Assembly (NCBI GenBank): GCA_040830765.1
Contig: JBFOMH010000018.1
Coordinates: forward strand, 59,418 to 123,417
Reading direction: 5' to 3'
Source: Puniceicoccaceae bacterium
GTDB lineage: Bacteria > Verrucomicrobiota > Verrucomicrobiia > Opitutales > Oceanipulchritudinaceae
DNA: 64,000 nucleotides
The notes below the pieces were generated by a model, which ran no database searches, was not told where the DNA came from, and was given only the letters and a program-made list of their open reading frames with translations. Below, piece after piece: positions 54,047-63,845 of the stretch (positions are counted from its first letter, which is position 1; each line of letters opens with the position of its first letter). The position numbers and the translations under genes are program-made.

Positions 54047-55201
54047 ATGGAATCCCTTCTCGACGTCCTCAAGGCGACCGGTTTTGCCCAGCTTCACTGG
54101 CAAATGGTCGTGATGTGGGTGATCATCGGCGTGCTCCTTTACCTGGCCGTGGTCAAACAGTTTGAACCGCTCTTGCTGGTACCCATCAGCCTTGGAGCCC
54201 TACTGGCCAATCTCCCCGTGGAGGACGTCATCATGCAAGCCCCCGTTTACGCTCCGGACGGCGAGGTCCTGAGCCCTGGAGGCCTGTTCTACTACATCCA
54301 GAAGGGAGTCAAACTGGAGATCTTTCCGCCCTTGATTTTCATGGGCGTTGGCGCCTTGACGGATTTTGGTCCGCTAATCGCCAATCCACGGACCCTGCTG
54401 CTGGGGGCCGCGGCCCAGTTCGGGATCTTCGCCACCTTTTTCGCCGCAGCCGGCAGCGGTTTCTTCTCCATGCAGGAGGCAGCAGCTATCGGGATCATCG
54501 GCGGAGCGGATGGACCCACTTCGATTTTTGTGGCCAACAAGCTGGCGCCCGACCTGCTCGGGGCCATAGCCGTGGCGGCGTATTCCTACATGGCCCTGGT
54601 TCCCGTTATCCAGCCACCGGTCATGCGGTTGCTGACCAACGAGTCGGAGCGTAAAATCCGCATGCAATCGTTGCGAAAAGTCTCCAAGGTTGAGAAAATG
54701 ATTTTCGCCATCGTGGTGATGACCTTCTGCCTGCTGGTCGTCCCGGACGCCGCCCCGCTCATTTCCATGCTCTTTATTGGCAATTTCCTACGTGAAAACG
54801 GAGTGACGGAGCGCCTCCTGCGGGCCGCCCAGAATGAAATCATCAACGTGGTGACCATTTTCCTCGGCCTCACGGTGGGTCTCAAGATGGGATATGACAA
54901 GTTTCTCGACCCAAGGACCCTGGGCATCCTCGCCCTTGGCGTGGTCGCCTTTGTCATCGCCACCGCCAGCGGTGTTATCATGGCCAAGACCATGAACCTC
55001 TTCAGCAAGAACAAGATCAATCCGCTGATTGGCTCAGCCGGGGTGAGTGCGGTTCCGATGGCGGCCCGCGTCAGCCAGGTCGAGGGCCAGAAGGCGGATC
55101 CGGGCAATTTCCTTCTCATGCATGCCATGGGGCCGAATGTTGCCGGGGTCATTGGCAGTGCCCTTGCCGCCGGCTATTTCATCGCCACTTTGGGCGGTTG
55201 A
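54047..55201 (+). CDS. Na+-translocating decarboxylase beta subunit
   Basis: [61 protein letters not shown]. Confidence 0.93.
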   Translation: MESLLDVLKATGFAQLHWQMVVMWVIIGVLLYLAVVKQFEPLLLVPISLGALLANLPVEDVIMQAPVYAPDGEVLSPGGLFYYIQKGVKLEIFPPLIFMGVGALTDFGPLIANPRTLLLGAAAQFGIFATFFAAAGSGFFSMQEAAAIGIIGGADGPTSIFVANKLAPDLLGAIAVAAYSYMALVPVIQPPVMRLLTNESERKIRMQSLRKVSKVEKMIFAIVVMTFCLLVVPDAAPLISMLFIGNFLRENGVTERLLRAAQNEIINVVTIFLGLTVGLKMGYDKFLDPRTLGILALGVVAFVIATASGVIMAKTMNLFSKNKINPLIGSAGVSAVPMAARVSQVEGQKADPGNFLLMHAMGPNVAGVIGSALAAGYFIATLGG

Positions 55202-55247
55202 GTAAGTTGCTGTTGCTAGCCGGGGAAAAATCGGCTTTATTAACGCC

Positions 55248-55511
55248 ATGTTGCGCCGATTTTTCATTTGGAGGGCGGAAAAGCGGATGGGCCGCACCCA
55301 CTACCGGCTGGACAAGCGCCGGTACCAGGGTGTCTTCAAGCCCGGCTTCTTTGCCCACCTCTCAAAGACTAATTTCTGGCAGACCGACAACGACCCTTAT
55401 CAAAAGTCCCGGCGACGGCGCAAAAAGGTGGTCATTTTCATCTCTATTGTGGCCCTGATTGGGCTAATTTGGGTAATCATTGAAAGCACGCGGGCCCTTC
55501 GTCTTTTCTAG
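55248..55511 (+). CDS. Small basic protein with C-terminal transmembrane helix
   Basis: Fills the gap between the beta subunit and ileS; RRRRKK followed by a hydrophobic helix; TTGCTA-17-TTTATT-6-ATG upstream. Confidence 0.6.
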   Translation: MLRRFFIWRAEKRMGRTHYRLDKRRYQGVFKPGFFAHLSKTNFWQTDNDPYQKSRRRRKKVVIFISIVALIGLIWVIIESTRALRLF

Positions 55512-55622
55512 GGGCCAACAAAGGTTGGAAAGAGTCCGCCTGCGTGCTTGACTTGACCGGTGCATTGGCCATTTTCGCGGCTTTCAACCGCCTTGGAAAT
55601 CAAGGCAAGAAAGCTCAGCTTA

Positions 55623-58397
55623 ATGGCCACAGAACTGAAAGACACGCTGAATCTGCCGGAAACTGCCTTTCCGATGCGAGGAAATCTCGCCAAACGGGAA
55701 CCGGAACGATTCGCTGAATGGGACGCCAGCAACCTGTATCAAAAGACACTTGATAATCGGGCTGACGGGGCGACCTTTGTCCTGCATGACGGGCCCCCGT
55801 ACGCTAATGGGGATATCCATATCGGTCACGCCCTGAACAAGATTCTCAAGGACATCGTTGTCCGTTACAAAAGCATGCGCGGCTACAAGGCACCCTATGT
55901 GCCCGGCTGGGACTGCCATGGGCTACCCATCGAGCAGCAGATCCTCAAGCAGATCGGGGACAAGATCCACGACATGGAACCCCAGGAGTTGCGTGAACTG
56001 TGCCACGGGTATGCCAACGACTGGATCGACAAGCAGCGGCAGCAGTTCAAGCGGCTGGGTATTCTCGGGGATTGGGAGGAGCCTTATTCCACCGTCACCC
56101 ACAGTTACGAGACCGGGATCCTCTCGCTCCTTCTGGCACTGGTGGAAAAGAACCTTATCCGCAAGGGCTACAAGGCGGTCCACTGGGACCCGATATTCCG
56201 CACCGCACTTGCCGAAGCTGAAATCGAGTACCATCAGCACAAGTCTCCCTCCATTTACGTGGCCATGCCTTTGTTGGATGTGGCTTCGATTGAACCGGTA
56301 GCCCACCTTGAGAAGGTTTCACTGGTTATCTGGACAACCACGCCCTGGACGATGCCGGCCAACCTCGGGGTTACCCTGCATCCGGAATTCGACTATGTCG
56401 CTGTCAAGGCCTCCGACGGAACCCACTACATTGTGGCCAAGGATCTCCGGGAAGCCTTTCTGGCCGACTGCGGACTCGAGGACACGGAGGTGGTGGCGAC
56501 CTTCAAGGCAACGGTTTTTGAGCGAAAAAAGGCAGCCCACCCGATCTTCGAAGAGGCAGACAGCCTGATCATGCTTGGCGAACACGTGACCCTCGAACAG
56601 GGCACGGGCTGCGTCCATACCGCACCCGGACACGGTGCGGATGACTTCATCATCGGGCAAGCCTACGGACTGCCGGTCTTTTGTCCCGTCGATGGAAAGG
56701 GCTGCTACACGGATGAATTCGAGGCCCTCGCCGGGATGTTCGTCTTTGATGCCAATCCCAAGGTGGTGGAGATTCTCCAGGAGCGGGGCCTCCTGCTTGC
56801 CCACAAGACGGTGACCCATGATTATCCGTACAGCTGGCGCAGCAAGCATCCCATTATCTTCCGGGCCACTGAACAGTGGTTCATGGAGCTTGCCGACGGC
56901 GGCGTCCGGGAACGGGCCATGGAGCTGATCGACAATGATGTGGAATGGATCCCGCACTGGGGCCAGGACCGCATCCGTTCCATGGTCGAGCGGCGTCCCG
57001 AGTGGTGTATCAGCCGCCAGCGACATTGGGGAGTTCCCATTCCCTCGGTCCGTGACCTGAAGACAGGCCAGTCTGTCCTTGATGCAGAGGTATTGCGGAA
57101 ATTCATCGAGATAGTCTCGGAGAAAGGAACCAATGCCTGGTATGCCGAACCCCTTTCCCACTTCCTGCCCGATGATTGGAGTGAAGAGGACTACGAGAAG
57201 GAATTCGACATTCTCGATGTCTGGTTCGATTCCGGAGCTTCGCATGTGGCCGTCCTTGAGCAGGACGAGCGGCTGCATTCACCGGCTGACCTGTACCTTG
57301 AGGGCAGCGACCAGCATCGTGGCTGGTTCCAGAGCGCCCTCCTGACCTCAGCCGGGGCCCGCGACCGGGCACCATTCAAGAGCGTCCTTACTCATGGCTT
57401 TGTCCTTGATGGCGAGGGCCGGGCGATGTCGAAGTCGCAAGGCAATGTCATCTCACCACTGGACCTGATCAAGCAGTTCGGCAGTGATATCCTGCGCCTC
57501 TGGGTAGCCAGCACGGATTACCGCAACGATGTCGCCATGTCCCCGGAGATCATGAAGATCACGGCGGACGCCTACCGCTCCATCCGCAATACTTTCCGTT
57601 TCCAGTTGGGCAATCTGCATGATTTTGACGCCGGCAAGGACCTTGTCGATCCGGAGCAGCTTACTCCACTTGACCAGTGGGCATTACACGAACTGGCGGT
57701 CTTGGCCGACAAGGTTACCGAAGCCTACGAGCGTTATGAGTTTCACCGTGTCTACCAATTGATCAACCGGTTCTACACGGTCACCCTTTCGGCCCGTTAT
57801 CATGACTTTCTCAAGGATCGGCTCTACACTTTCCGGGCCGATTCACCGGAAAGGCGTTCAGCCCAAACGGTGATTCACCATCACTTGAAAGTCCTCAACC
57901 GGCTTCTCGCTCCAATCCTGGTCTTTACCAGCGAGGAAGCCTATGTTGACAGCGCAGTTGCCGAGCAGGATTCCATCCATCTCGAGGATTGGCCCGTCAT
58001 CCCGGAGTCCTGGAGGAATCCGGAAAAGGCCGCCGAAATCGAACAGCTGCTCAACCTGCGTGATCCAGTGAACGAGAAACTGGAAGCCCTCCGTACGGAG
58101 AAGGTCATCGGCAAGTCCGTTGAGGCGGCGCTAAGCCTCACTCTGAGTGAATCCAATCCTCTCGCCGCCCTCCTCGAGAAATACGCCGACCAGCTTGCGG
58201 AAATCTTTATCGTGTCCACCGTATCCCTGCATCGCGACGCCGACGTGGAAGAGTTGCAAATCGCTGTCTCCAAGGCAGAAGGTGATCGCTGCCCACGCTG
58301 CTGGCGTACGGTCACTGAGCGCCATGAGACCATCTTCGGCGAGCTCTGCCCGCGCTGTACTGATGCGGTTCAACCCTTTGTCAATCAATCCAAGTAA
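55623..58397 (+). CDS. ileS: Isoleucine--tRNA ligase (type 1)
   Basis: HDGPPYANG.IHIGH, GWDCHG, WTTTPWT, GTGCVH, WCISRQR.WG, EGSDQHRGWF, AMSKS, C-terminal CPRC..CPRC. Confidence 0.97.
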   Translation: MATELKDTLNLPETAFPMRGNLAKREPERFAEWDASNLYQKTLDNRADGATFVLHDGPPYANGDIHIGHALNKILKDIVVRYKSMRGYKAPYVPGWDCHGLPIEQQILKQIGDKIHDMEPQELRELCHGYANDWIDKQRQQFKRLGILGDWEEPYSTVTHSYETGILSLLLALVEKNLIRKGYKAVHWDPIFRTALAEAEIEYHQHKSPSIYVAMPLLDVASIEPVAHLEKVSLVIWTTTPWTMPANLGVTLHPEFDYVAVKASDGTHYIVAKDLREAFLADCGLEDTEVVATFKATVFERKKAAHPIFEEADSLIMLGEHVTLEQGTGCVHTAPGHGADDFIIGQAYGLPVFCPVDGKGCYTDEFEALAGMFVFDANPKVVEILQERGLLLAHKTVTHDYPYSWRSKHPIIFRATEQWFMELADGGVRERAMELIDNDVEWIPHWGQDRIRSMVERRPEWCISRQRHWGVPIPSVRDLKTGQSVLDAEVLRKFIEIVSEKGTNAWYAEPLSHFLPDDWSEEDYEKEFDILDVWFDSGASHVAVLEQDERLHSPADLYLEGSDQHRGWFQSALLTSAGARDRAPFKSVLTHGFVLDGEGRAMSKSQGNVISPLDLIKQFGSDILRLWVASTDYRNDVAMSPEIMKITADAYRSIRNTFRFQLGNLHDFDAGKDLVDPEQLTPLDQWALHELAVLADKVTEAYERYEFHRVYQLINRFYTVTLSARYHDFLKDRLYTFRADSPERRSAQTVIHHHLKVLNRLLAPILVFTSEEAYVDSAVAEQDSIHLEDWPVIPESWRNPEKAAEIEQLLNLRDPVNEKLEALRTEKVIGKSVEAALSLTLSESNPLAALLEKYADQLAEIFIVSTVSLHRDADVEELQIAVSKAEGDRCPRCWRTVTERHETIFGELCPRCTDAVQPFVNQSK

Positions 58398-58406
58398 TTC
58401 CCCCTT

Positions 58407-59366
58407 ATGCCGACAAAAAAATCTGCCAAGAAAACAGCTGCAACCGCCAAGAAAAAGGTAGCCAAGAAGACCGCTGCCAAGAAAGCGATTGTGAAAAAAG
58501 CAGCTACCCGGAAAACGGCCGCCAAGAAGGTAGCGGCAAAGAAGGCGGCAACCAAAAAGACTGCGAAAAAGAAAACCGCGGCCAAGAAAGTTGTAGCCAA
58601 GAAGGCTGCCCAGAAAAAGGGCCGGAAGCCGCAGGCCAGTGATTTCGTCAAACGGCCGTCCCACACACCGGCCATCTTCAAGCCGGCCTCCAAGCGCCCG
58701 GCCCATATCCTCTTTACCCTGGAGGAAGTGCGGGAGGTTCTCAAGAAGCGACCCAAGGATGAGGAACCGGCGAAGAAGGTCGCCCAGAAGAAAGCGGCCA
58801 AGAAGGCTGTCGAGCCCAAGGCGGATCAGCCGGAAAAGGCGAGCAAGCACCACGCTGCCTCACTGGATGACATCCTTGGCCTCAACCCGACCCCGGGAGC
58901 AAAGAAGACCGGCCCGGACAACGTGCCCCGCAAGTTCCAGAAGTATCACAAACTCCTGATCGAGCTGCGCGACCATGTCCGCGAAGAATTGAACCTGCAC
59001 TCCAACGACACCCTGAAGCGGTCCCAGAAGGAGGATGCCGGCGACATCTCCATTTCGGTCGATGCCGGAACGGACAATTTCGACCGTGACTTTGCCCTCA
59101 GCCTGCTCTCCAGTGAGCAGGAATCCCTCAAGGAAATCGAAGCAGCGATCGAGCGCATCTATGACGGAAGCTACGGGTTTTGCGAAGTCACTGGTGAAGC
59201 AATCAAGCCGGAACGGCTGGAGGCCGTTCCCTTCACCCGTTTCTCACTCGAGGGACAACGCCAGCATGAGATGAATTCTTACAAGCGAACCTCGAGGGCT
59301 GGTGCTTTCCTCAACGAGGCCTCCGGGGAGCCTATCACTTTCGGGGATGATGACGGGGACAACTGA
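58407..59366 (+). CDS. TraR/DksA-family regulator with histone H1-like Lys/Ala-rich N-terminus
   Basis: (K/A)KKAA-type repeats over about 70 residues; C-terminal DAGTDNFDRDFAL...EIEAAIERI..GSYG.CE.TG..I..ERLEAVP. Confidence 0.85.
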   Translation: MPTKKSAKKTAATAKKKVAKKTAAKKAIVKKAATRKTAAKKVAAKKAATKKTAKKKTAAKKVVAKKAAQKKGRKPQASDFVKRPSHTPAIFKPASKRPAHILFTLEEVREVLKKRPKDEEPAKKVAQKKAAKKAVEPKADQPEKASKHHAASLDDILGLNPTPGAKKTGPDNVPRKFQKYHKLLIELRDHVREELNLHSNDTLKRSQKEDAGDISISVDAGTDNFDRDFALSLLSSEQESLKEIEAAIERIYDGSYGFCEVTGEAIKPERLEAVPFTRFSLEGQRQHEMNSYKRTSRAGAFLNEASGEPITFGDDDGDN

Positions 59367-59880
59367 GTCCGGCTTGTCTCCTGAGGCGGAAACCACAAAA
59401 GTAAGCTACTTCCGGTTCTGGATCCTCTCGACCTTCGTCCTTCTGTTCGACCAACTGAGCAAGTGGGCCATCGTTGACCTGTCAGGACTCCGGATGGGGC
59501 TCTATCCGCCCTTTGGTGGAGTCGAGATTGTCCCCGGATTCTTCAATATCGTCTATACCATCAATCATGGAGCAGCCTGGGGAATGCTTGAAGGGTACGG
59601 GTGGTTGCTCGTCGTTCTGGCCTTTGTGGTCCTTGGATTGATCGGCTTTTTCAGGAAGGACCTCGGATTCGAGCAGAAGGCCAATCAGTGGTGCTTCGGC
59701 CTCATAACGGGAGGCATTATCGGCAACACGATTGACCGGGTTTTCCGAGGACATGTCGTTGACTTTCTCGATTTCAGACTTCCCGGCTACCAGTGGCCAA
59801 CCTTCAATGTCGCCGACTCGGCGATTGTCATTGGGACATTCTGGTACGTCTTCCTGCAGTTCCGTCCTGCAAAAAAATAA
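59347..59880 (+). CDS. lspA: Lipoprotein signal peptidase
   Basis: DQLSK, N.GAAWG, GN.IDR, VVDF, FNVADS. Confidence 0.94.
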   Translation: MMTGTTESGLSPEAETTKVSYFRFWILSTFVLLFDQLSKWAIVDLSGLRMGLYPPFGGVEIVPGFFNIVYTINHGAAWGMLEGYGWLLVVLAFVVLGLIGFFRKDLGFEQKANQWCFGLITGGIIGNTIDRVFRGHVVDFLDFRLPGYQWPTFNVADSAIVIGTFWYVFLQFRPAKK

Positions 59881-59919
59881 AATTTACAACCACTGGCCGA
59901 TTTCCTCATATTCCAAGCA

Positions 59920-61128
59920 ATGGGGAAGCGCTATTTGGCTGTACTGGTTGTCGTCTGGGCGATGCCGCTCACGACCCTTGCGGAAGCAAATGCTGAGCAA
60001 TGGAAAAGCCGCCTGCAGCAGGCGGAGGATCTCCGCAATGCCGGTTCATACAAGGAGGCAAAGACCATAGTCGAGCAAGTCATCGAGGAGGCCATTGAAC
60101 AGGATGTGGAAGCCATTGAAGCGGAAGGGCTGTATCAATTGGCCCTGATACACTACTTTCTCAATGAATTTGATGAAGCCCGGGCAATCCTCGAAATCGG
60201 GCGATCTGAAGCCAACCGGAATGGATTGACCCAATTGGAGGCCGATTTCCTCAGCGCTGAAGGCGTCTTGGAATGGAAACTGGGCAACCTTGCCCTTGCC
60301 ATCCCCAAGCTGGAAGCAGCCCTGGATATCCAACGGGCGGCCGGGGATCGGGTCAACATGTCCAGCATCGCCAACAATTTGGGAATCATCGCTTATTCCC
60401 TGAAGGATTACGCAGCGGCGGTTGGCCATTACCAGCAGGGTCTGGAATGGCTCGGCGACCGGGACAATGACCGCATGCGAGCCTCCCTTTACAGCAATCT
60501 GGCTGAAGCCCTCATTCCCATGGGCCAATTGGATGCAGCAGAGGACTACCTTTACAAGTCCCTTGAAATCGAGCGAGCGGCGGCGGAACCGCGCAACTTA
60601 GCTTACACCTACTTCAATCTGGGCGAACTGTACGCCCGCAAGGGCGAGTCTGCTGCGGCGTTAGACCACTACAAAAAAGCGCTGGACATCCAAATCGCAC
60701 TGGAAGACGACTGGGCCATCTCCCTGACCCGCTTGAAGTATGGAAAGGAGTTGTGGTTGAACGGAATGGCTCGCGAATCAGAGGCCCAACTCATGTTGGG
60801 ATTCGACATCGCCAGGGAATTGAATGCCCTCGCCCTTCTCCGGGATTATTGCTCCCTGCTCGCTGAAATAAATGAGAAGGCGGGCAAGAGCAGCCTGGCC
60901 AATTACTATTCGGAATTGCACGCCCACTTTGCTGAAAGGGTTGAGGTCGATGAAAGCGAATCGATCGGTTCCCATTCCCAGCCATTGGCCGAAACAGATT
61001 CAGCCTCCAGCGAAGGGCGACTTCTTGAATCCCCCCTTCAAGCAGCAACCATTCTGGTTCTCTGCCTGCTGATTACGATCCTCGTCCTGGAGAACACCCG
61101 CCTGCGCAAGCGCATGCGGGAGCTTTGA
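59920..61128 (+). CDS. Exported tetratricopeptide-repeat protein with C-terminal membrane anchor
   Basis: Signal peptide; TPR units (NNLGII, SNLAE, FNLGELY); terminal TM plus short basic tail. Confidence 0.8.
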   Translation: MGKRYLAVLVVVWAMPLTTLAEANAEQWKSRLQQAEDLRNAGSYKEAKTIVEQVIEEAIEQDVEAIEAEGLYQLALIHYFLNEFDEARAILEIGRSEANRNGLTQLEADFLSAEGVLEWKLGNLALAIPKLEAALDIQRAAGDRVNMSSIANNLGIIAYSLKDYAAAVGHYQQGLEWLGDRDNDRMRASLYSNLAEALIPMGQLDAAEDYLYKSLEIERAAAEPRNLAYTYFNLGELYARKGESAAALDHYKKALDIQIALEDDWAISLTRLKYGKELWLNGMARESEAQLMLGFDIARELNALALLRDYCSLLAEINEKAGKSSLANYYSELHAHFAERVEVDESESIGSHSQPLAETDSASSEGRLLESPLQAATILVLCLLITILVLENTRLRKRMREL

Positions 61129-61140
61129 GGGATTTAATCC

Positions 61141-62337
61141 CTAGCTGGCGATGCTTGGGATAGCGACCTCCGGATCGACATCCGCTTCGTAATCAACGCC
61201 TTCAAGCCCGAATCCAAAAAGCTTGAGGAAGTTTTCCTGATAGCCGGCAAAGTCGGTTTCCTGGTCGATATTGTCCGTATTGACCTGGGTCCAGAGGGTT
61301 TTCACCTTTTCCTGGATCTCCGGACGCATTTCCCAATCGTCCATCCGGACCCGGCCTTCCTCATCAAACTTCAAGGCACTACCGGCATACATCCGGGTGC
61401 GGAATAAACGGTCGATCTGGTGGATGCAATCCTCGTGGATGCCCTCTTCCTTCATGATCTTGAACAGGATGGAGATATAAAGCGGCACAACGGGAATCGC
61501 ACTACTGGCCTGGGTGACGACCGCCTTGTTGACAGAGATGAAGGCAGCGCCGCGACCAATTTTAAGCATGGCATCAAGACGCTGGGCGGTTGCCCGAAGA
61601 TGCTTTTTGGCCCGTCCGATAGTGCCATTGTTGTAAACTGGCCAGGTGACTTCCGGTCCAACATAATCATAGGCTACGGAATGACATCCCTCGGCCAGCA
61701 GTCCGGCCGCTTCCAATTGCTCCATCCAGCGTTCCCAGTCCTCGCCTCCCATGACCTTGACGGTGGAAACGATTTCCTCCTCCGTGGCCGGTTCAATGGT
61801 GACGGGGGCAATTTTCTTGCGGTCGGTATCAAGATTATTGGCGGTGAATGGCTCACCGATTGGCTTTAAGGTACTGCGGTAGGTTTCACCGTCGACAGGG
61901 TCAGTGCGCCGGGGGGACGCCAGGCTATAGACAACCAGATCGATCGGCCCCATGTCGCGCTTGATGATCTCAATGGCCTGGGCCTTCAGCTCGTCCGAGA
62001 AGGCATCCCCGTTGAGGGAGGCTGCGTAAATGCCTTCCCGGGAGGCTGCGGCCTCGAAAGCTGCTGAATTGTACCAACCGGCAGAAGCAGGCTTGCCGTT
62101 GGTTGCCGGGCGCTCGAAAAACACCCCGAGGGTGGCGGCGCCGGAACCAAAGGCGGCCGCTATGCGCGAAGCCAGTCCGTATCCGGTCGAGGCCCCGATA
62201 ACGAGGACATTCTTGGGGCCGCCCTCGACGGCACCCTGGGACTTGACGTATTCAATCTGTTGCTCGACATGACGAGCACATCCTTCCGGATGGGCCGTTA
62301 TGCAGACAAATCCACGTACTTTGGGCTTGATAATCAT
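61141..62337 (-). CDS. fabV: Enoyl-ACP / trans-2-enoyl-CoA reductase FabV
   Basis: AHPEGC, GASTGYGLASRI, GDAFS, YSLASP, VMGGEDW, Y..GTIG.AK, TQASSAIP. Confidence 0.94.
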   Translation of the reverse strand: MIIKPKVRGFVCITAHPEGCARHVEQQIEYVKSQGAVEGGPKNVLVIGASTGYGLASRIAAAFGSGAATLGVFFERPATNGKPASAGWYNSAAFEAAASREGIYAASLNGDAFSDELKAQAIEIIKRDMGPIDLVVYSLASPRRTDPVDGETYRSTLKPIGEPFTANNLDTDRKKIAPVTIEPATEEEIVSTVKVMGGEDWERWMEQLEAAGLLAEGCHSVAYDYVGPEVTWPVYNNGTIGRAKKHLRATAQRLDAMLKIGRGAAFISVNKAVVTQASSAIPVVPLYISILFKIMKEEGIHEDCIHQIDRLFRTRMYAGSALKFDEEGRVRMDDWEMRPEIQEKVKTLWTQVNTDNIDQETDFAGYQENFLKLFGFGLEGVDYEADVDPEVAIPSIAS

Positions 62338-62502
62338 AGCTTTGAGAAACTGAGGTTTATGCAGTTTGGATGGTCAAAAGGTAGGTTCCCCGGGGACCGG
62401 GGCAATGACAAAATCCACTTGCCTCCATCCCTCCTGAAGGCAGCCTGAAGCAATCGCGGGGGCCTGGTCCCTACCCTGTTAATCCCAAAGAAAGCCGATC
62501 CG

Positions 62503-63816
62503 ATGAGCGACTCACAAGGTAAGCATAAGGACAAAAACCGACTGACAATCCAGATTCTCGGCGGCATGGCCATCGGGATGGTGGTTGGTCTGGTAACCAG
62601 TTTTGTCCTCAAGCACGTACCGGATACCCCGGCCCAATTTATCCAGGACTTCGCTGTGGAGGGATTCCTGCAATTGATCGGCAAGGCGTTCCTGGCCTTG
62701 TTGCAGGTCATTGTCGTTCCCCTGGTTTTCGTCTCGCTGGTCTGCGGAACAGCCGCCCTGAATGATATCCGTAAATTGGGCCGAATCGGGGCCCGGACGG
62801 TCCTCCTCTACCTTGCCACGACCGCCATTGCCATCACCATCGCGCTCACCGCCAGTGTCCTGGTTGGCCCCGGCAAGGGATTCGGACTGAACACGGAGGC
62901 CAATTTTCAGTCGGTGGCCCCACCCTCACTGGTGGAGGTCCTGATCAACATCTTCCCCAAGAACGTGGTTCATGCCATGGCCCAAGGGAACATGCTCCAG
63001 ATCATCGTCTTTGCCATTCTGTTCGGGCTGGCCATCACCTTGTCCGGCAAGGCCGGCCAGCGCCTGCTGGCCCTTTTCAATGACCTCAACGAGATCATCA
63101 TGACCCTCGTCTGGATTGTCATGCGGTTGGCCCCGGTGGGTGTCTTTGCGCTCATCGCCCGGACCTTCGCCACCCAGGGATTTGATGCTTTTGGACCGCT
63201 GTTGAAATACTTCTTCCTCGTATTGGGAGTACTTTTCTTCCATGCGCTGGTCACCTATCCCATCATCCTCAAGGCCCTTTCCGGACTCAATCCAATCCGG
63301 TTCATCAGCAAGTTGCGTGAGGTCCAGGTATTCGCCTTTTCCACCGCCAGCTCGAACGCCACTATTCCGGTCACGCTGAAGACAGTGGAGAACAACTTGG
63401 GGGTTCATAACAGTGTGGCGTCCTTTACCGTTCCTCTGGGGGCGACTATCAACATGGACGGAACGGCCATCATGCAGGGTGTGGCCACGGTTTTCATCGC
63501 CCAGGCCTATGGCATGGGCCTTGAAATTTCGGACTACCTCCTGGTCATCATGACCGCTACTCTGGCCTCGATTGGAACAGCCGGGGTTCCAGGGGTCGGC
63601 CTTATCATGCTCAGCATGGTCCTGACCCAAGTCGGCCTCCCGGTGGAGGGTATCGGTTTGATTATCGGGATTGACCGCCTGCTTGATATGGTCCGGACCG
63701 CCGTCAATGTGACCGGGGACAGCGCGGTCAGTTGCATCGTCGCCAAGAGCGAGGGGGAACTCGACCTCGATGTCTATAACTCCGAGCCTGGGGAACCCGA
63801 GCCGGATGTGGCCTAG
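62503..63816 (+). CDS. Dicarboxylate/amino acid:cation symporter (DAACS)
   Basis: MLQIIVFA, FSTASSNATIP, PLGATINMDGT, IGTAGVPG, DM.RTAVNVTGD. Confidence 0.92.
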   Translation: MSDSQGKHKDKNRLTIQILGGMAIGMVVGLVTSFVLKHVPDTPAQFIQDFAVEGFLQLIGKAFLALLQVIVVPLVFVSLVCGTAALNDIRKLGRIGARTVLLYLATTAIAITIALTASVLVGPGKGFGLNTEANFQSVAPPSLVEVLINIFPKNVVHAMAQGNMLQIIVFAILFGLAITLSGKAGQRLLALFNDLNEIIMTLVWIVMRLAPVGVFALIARTFATQGFDAFGPLLKYFFLVLGVLFFHALVTYPIILKALSGLNPIRFISKLREVQVFAFSTASSNATIPVTLKTVENNLGVHNSVASFTVPLGATINMDGTAIMQGVATVFIAQAYGMGLEISDYLLVIMTATLASIGTAGVPGVGLIMLSMVLTQVGLPVEGIGLIIGIDRLLDMVRTAVNVTGDSAVSCIVAKSEGELDLDVYNSEPGEPEPDVA

Positions 63817-63845
63817 AGCTGCGAAGCCAGCCCGCCGATGTCCTC

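Noticed and set aside
55512..55622. T-box leader upstream of ileS
   Set aside because: Region is too short and lacks the T-box consensus; only small hairpins.
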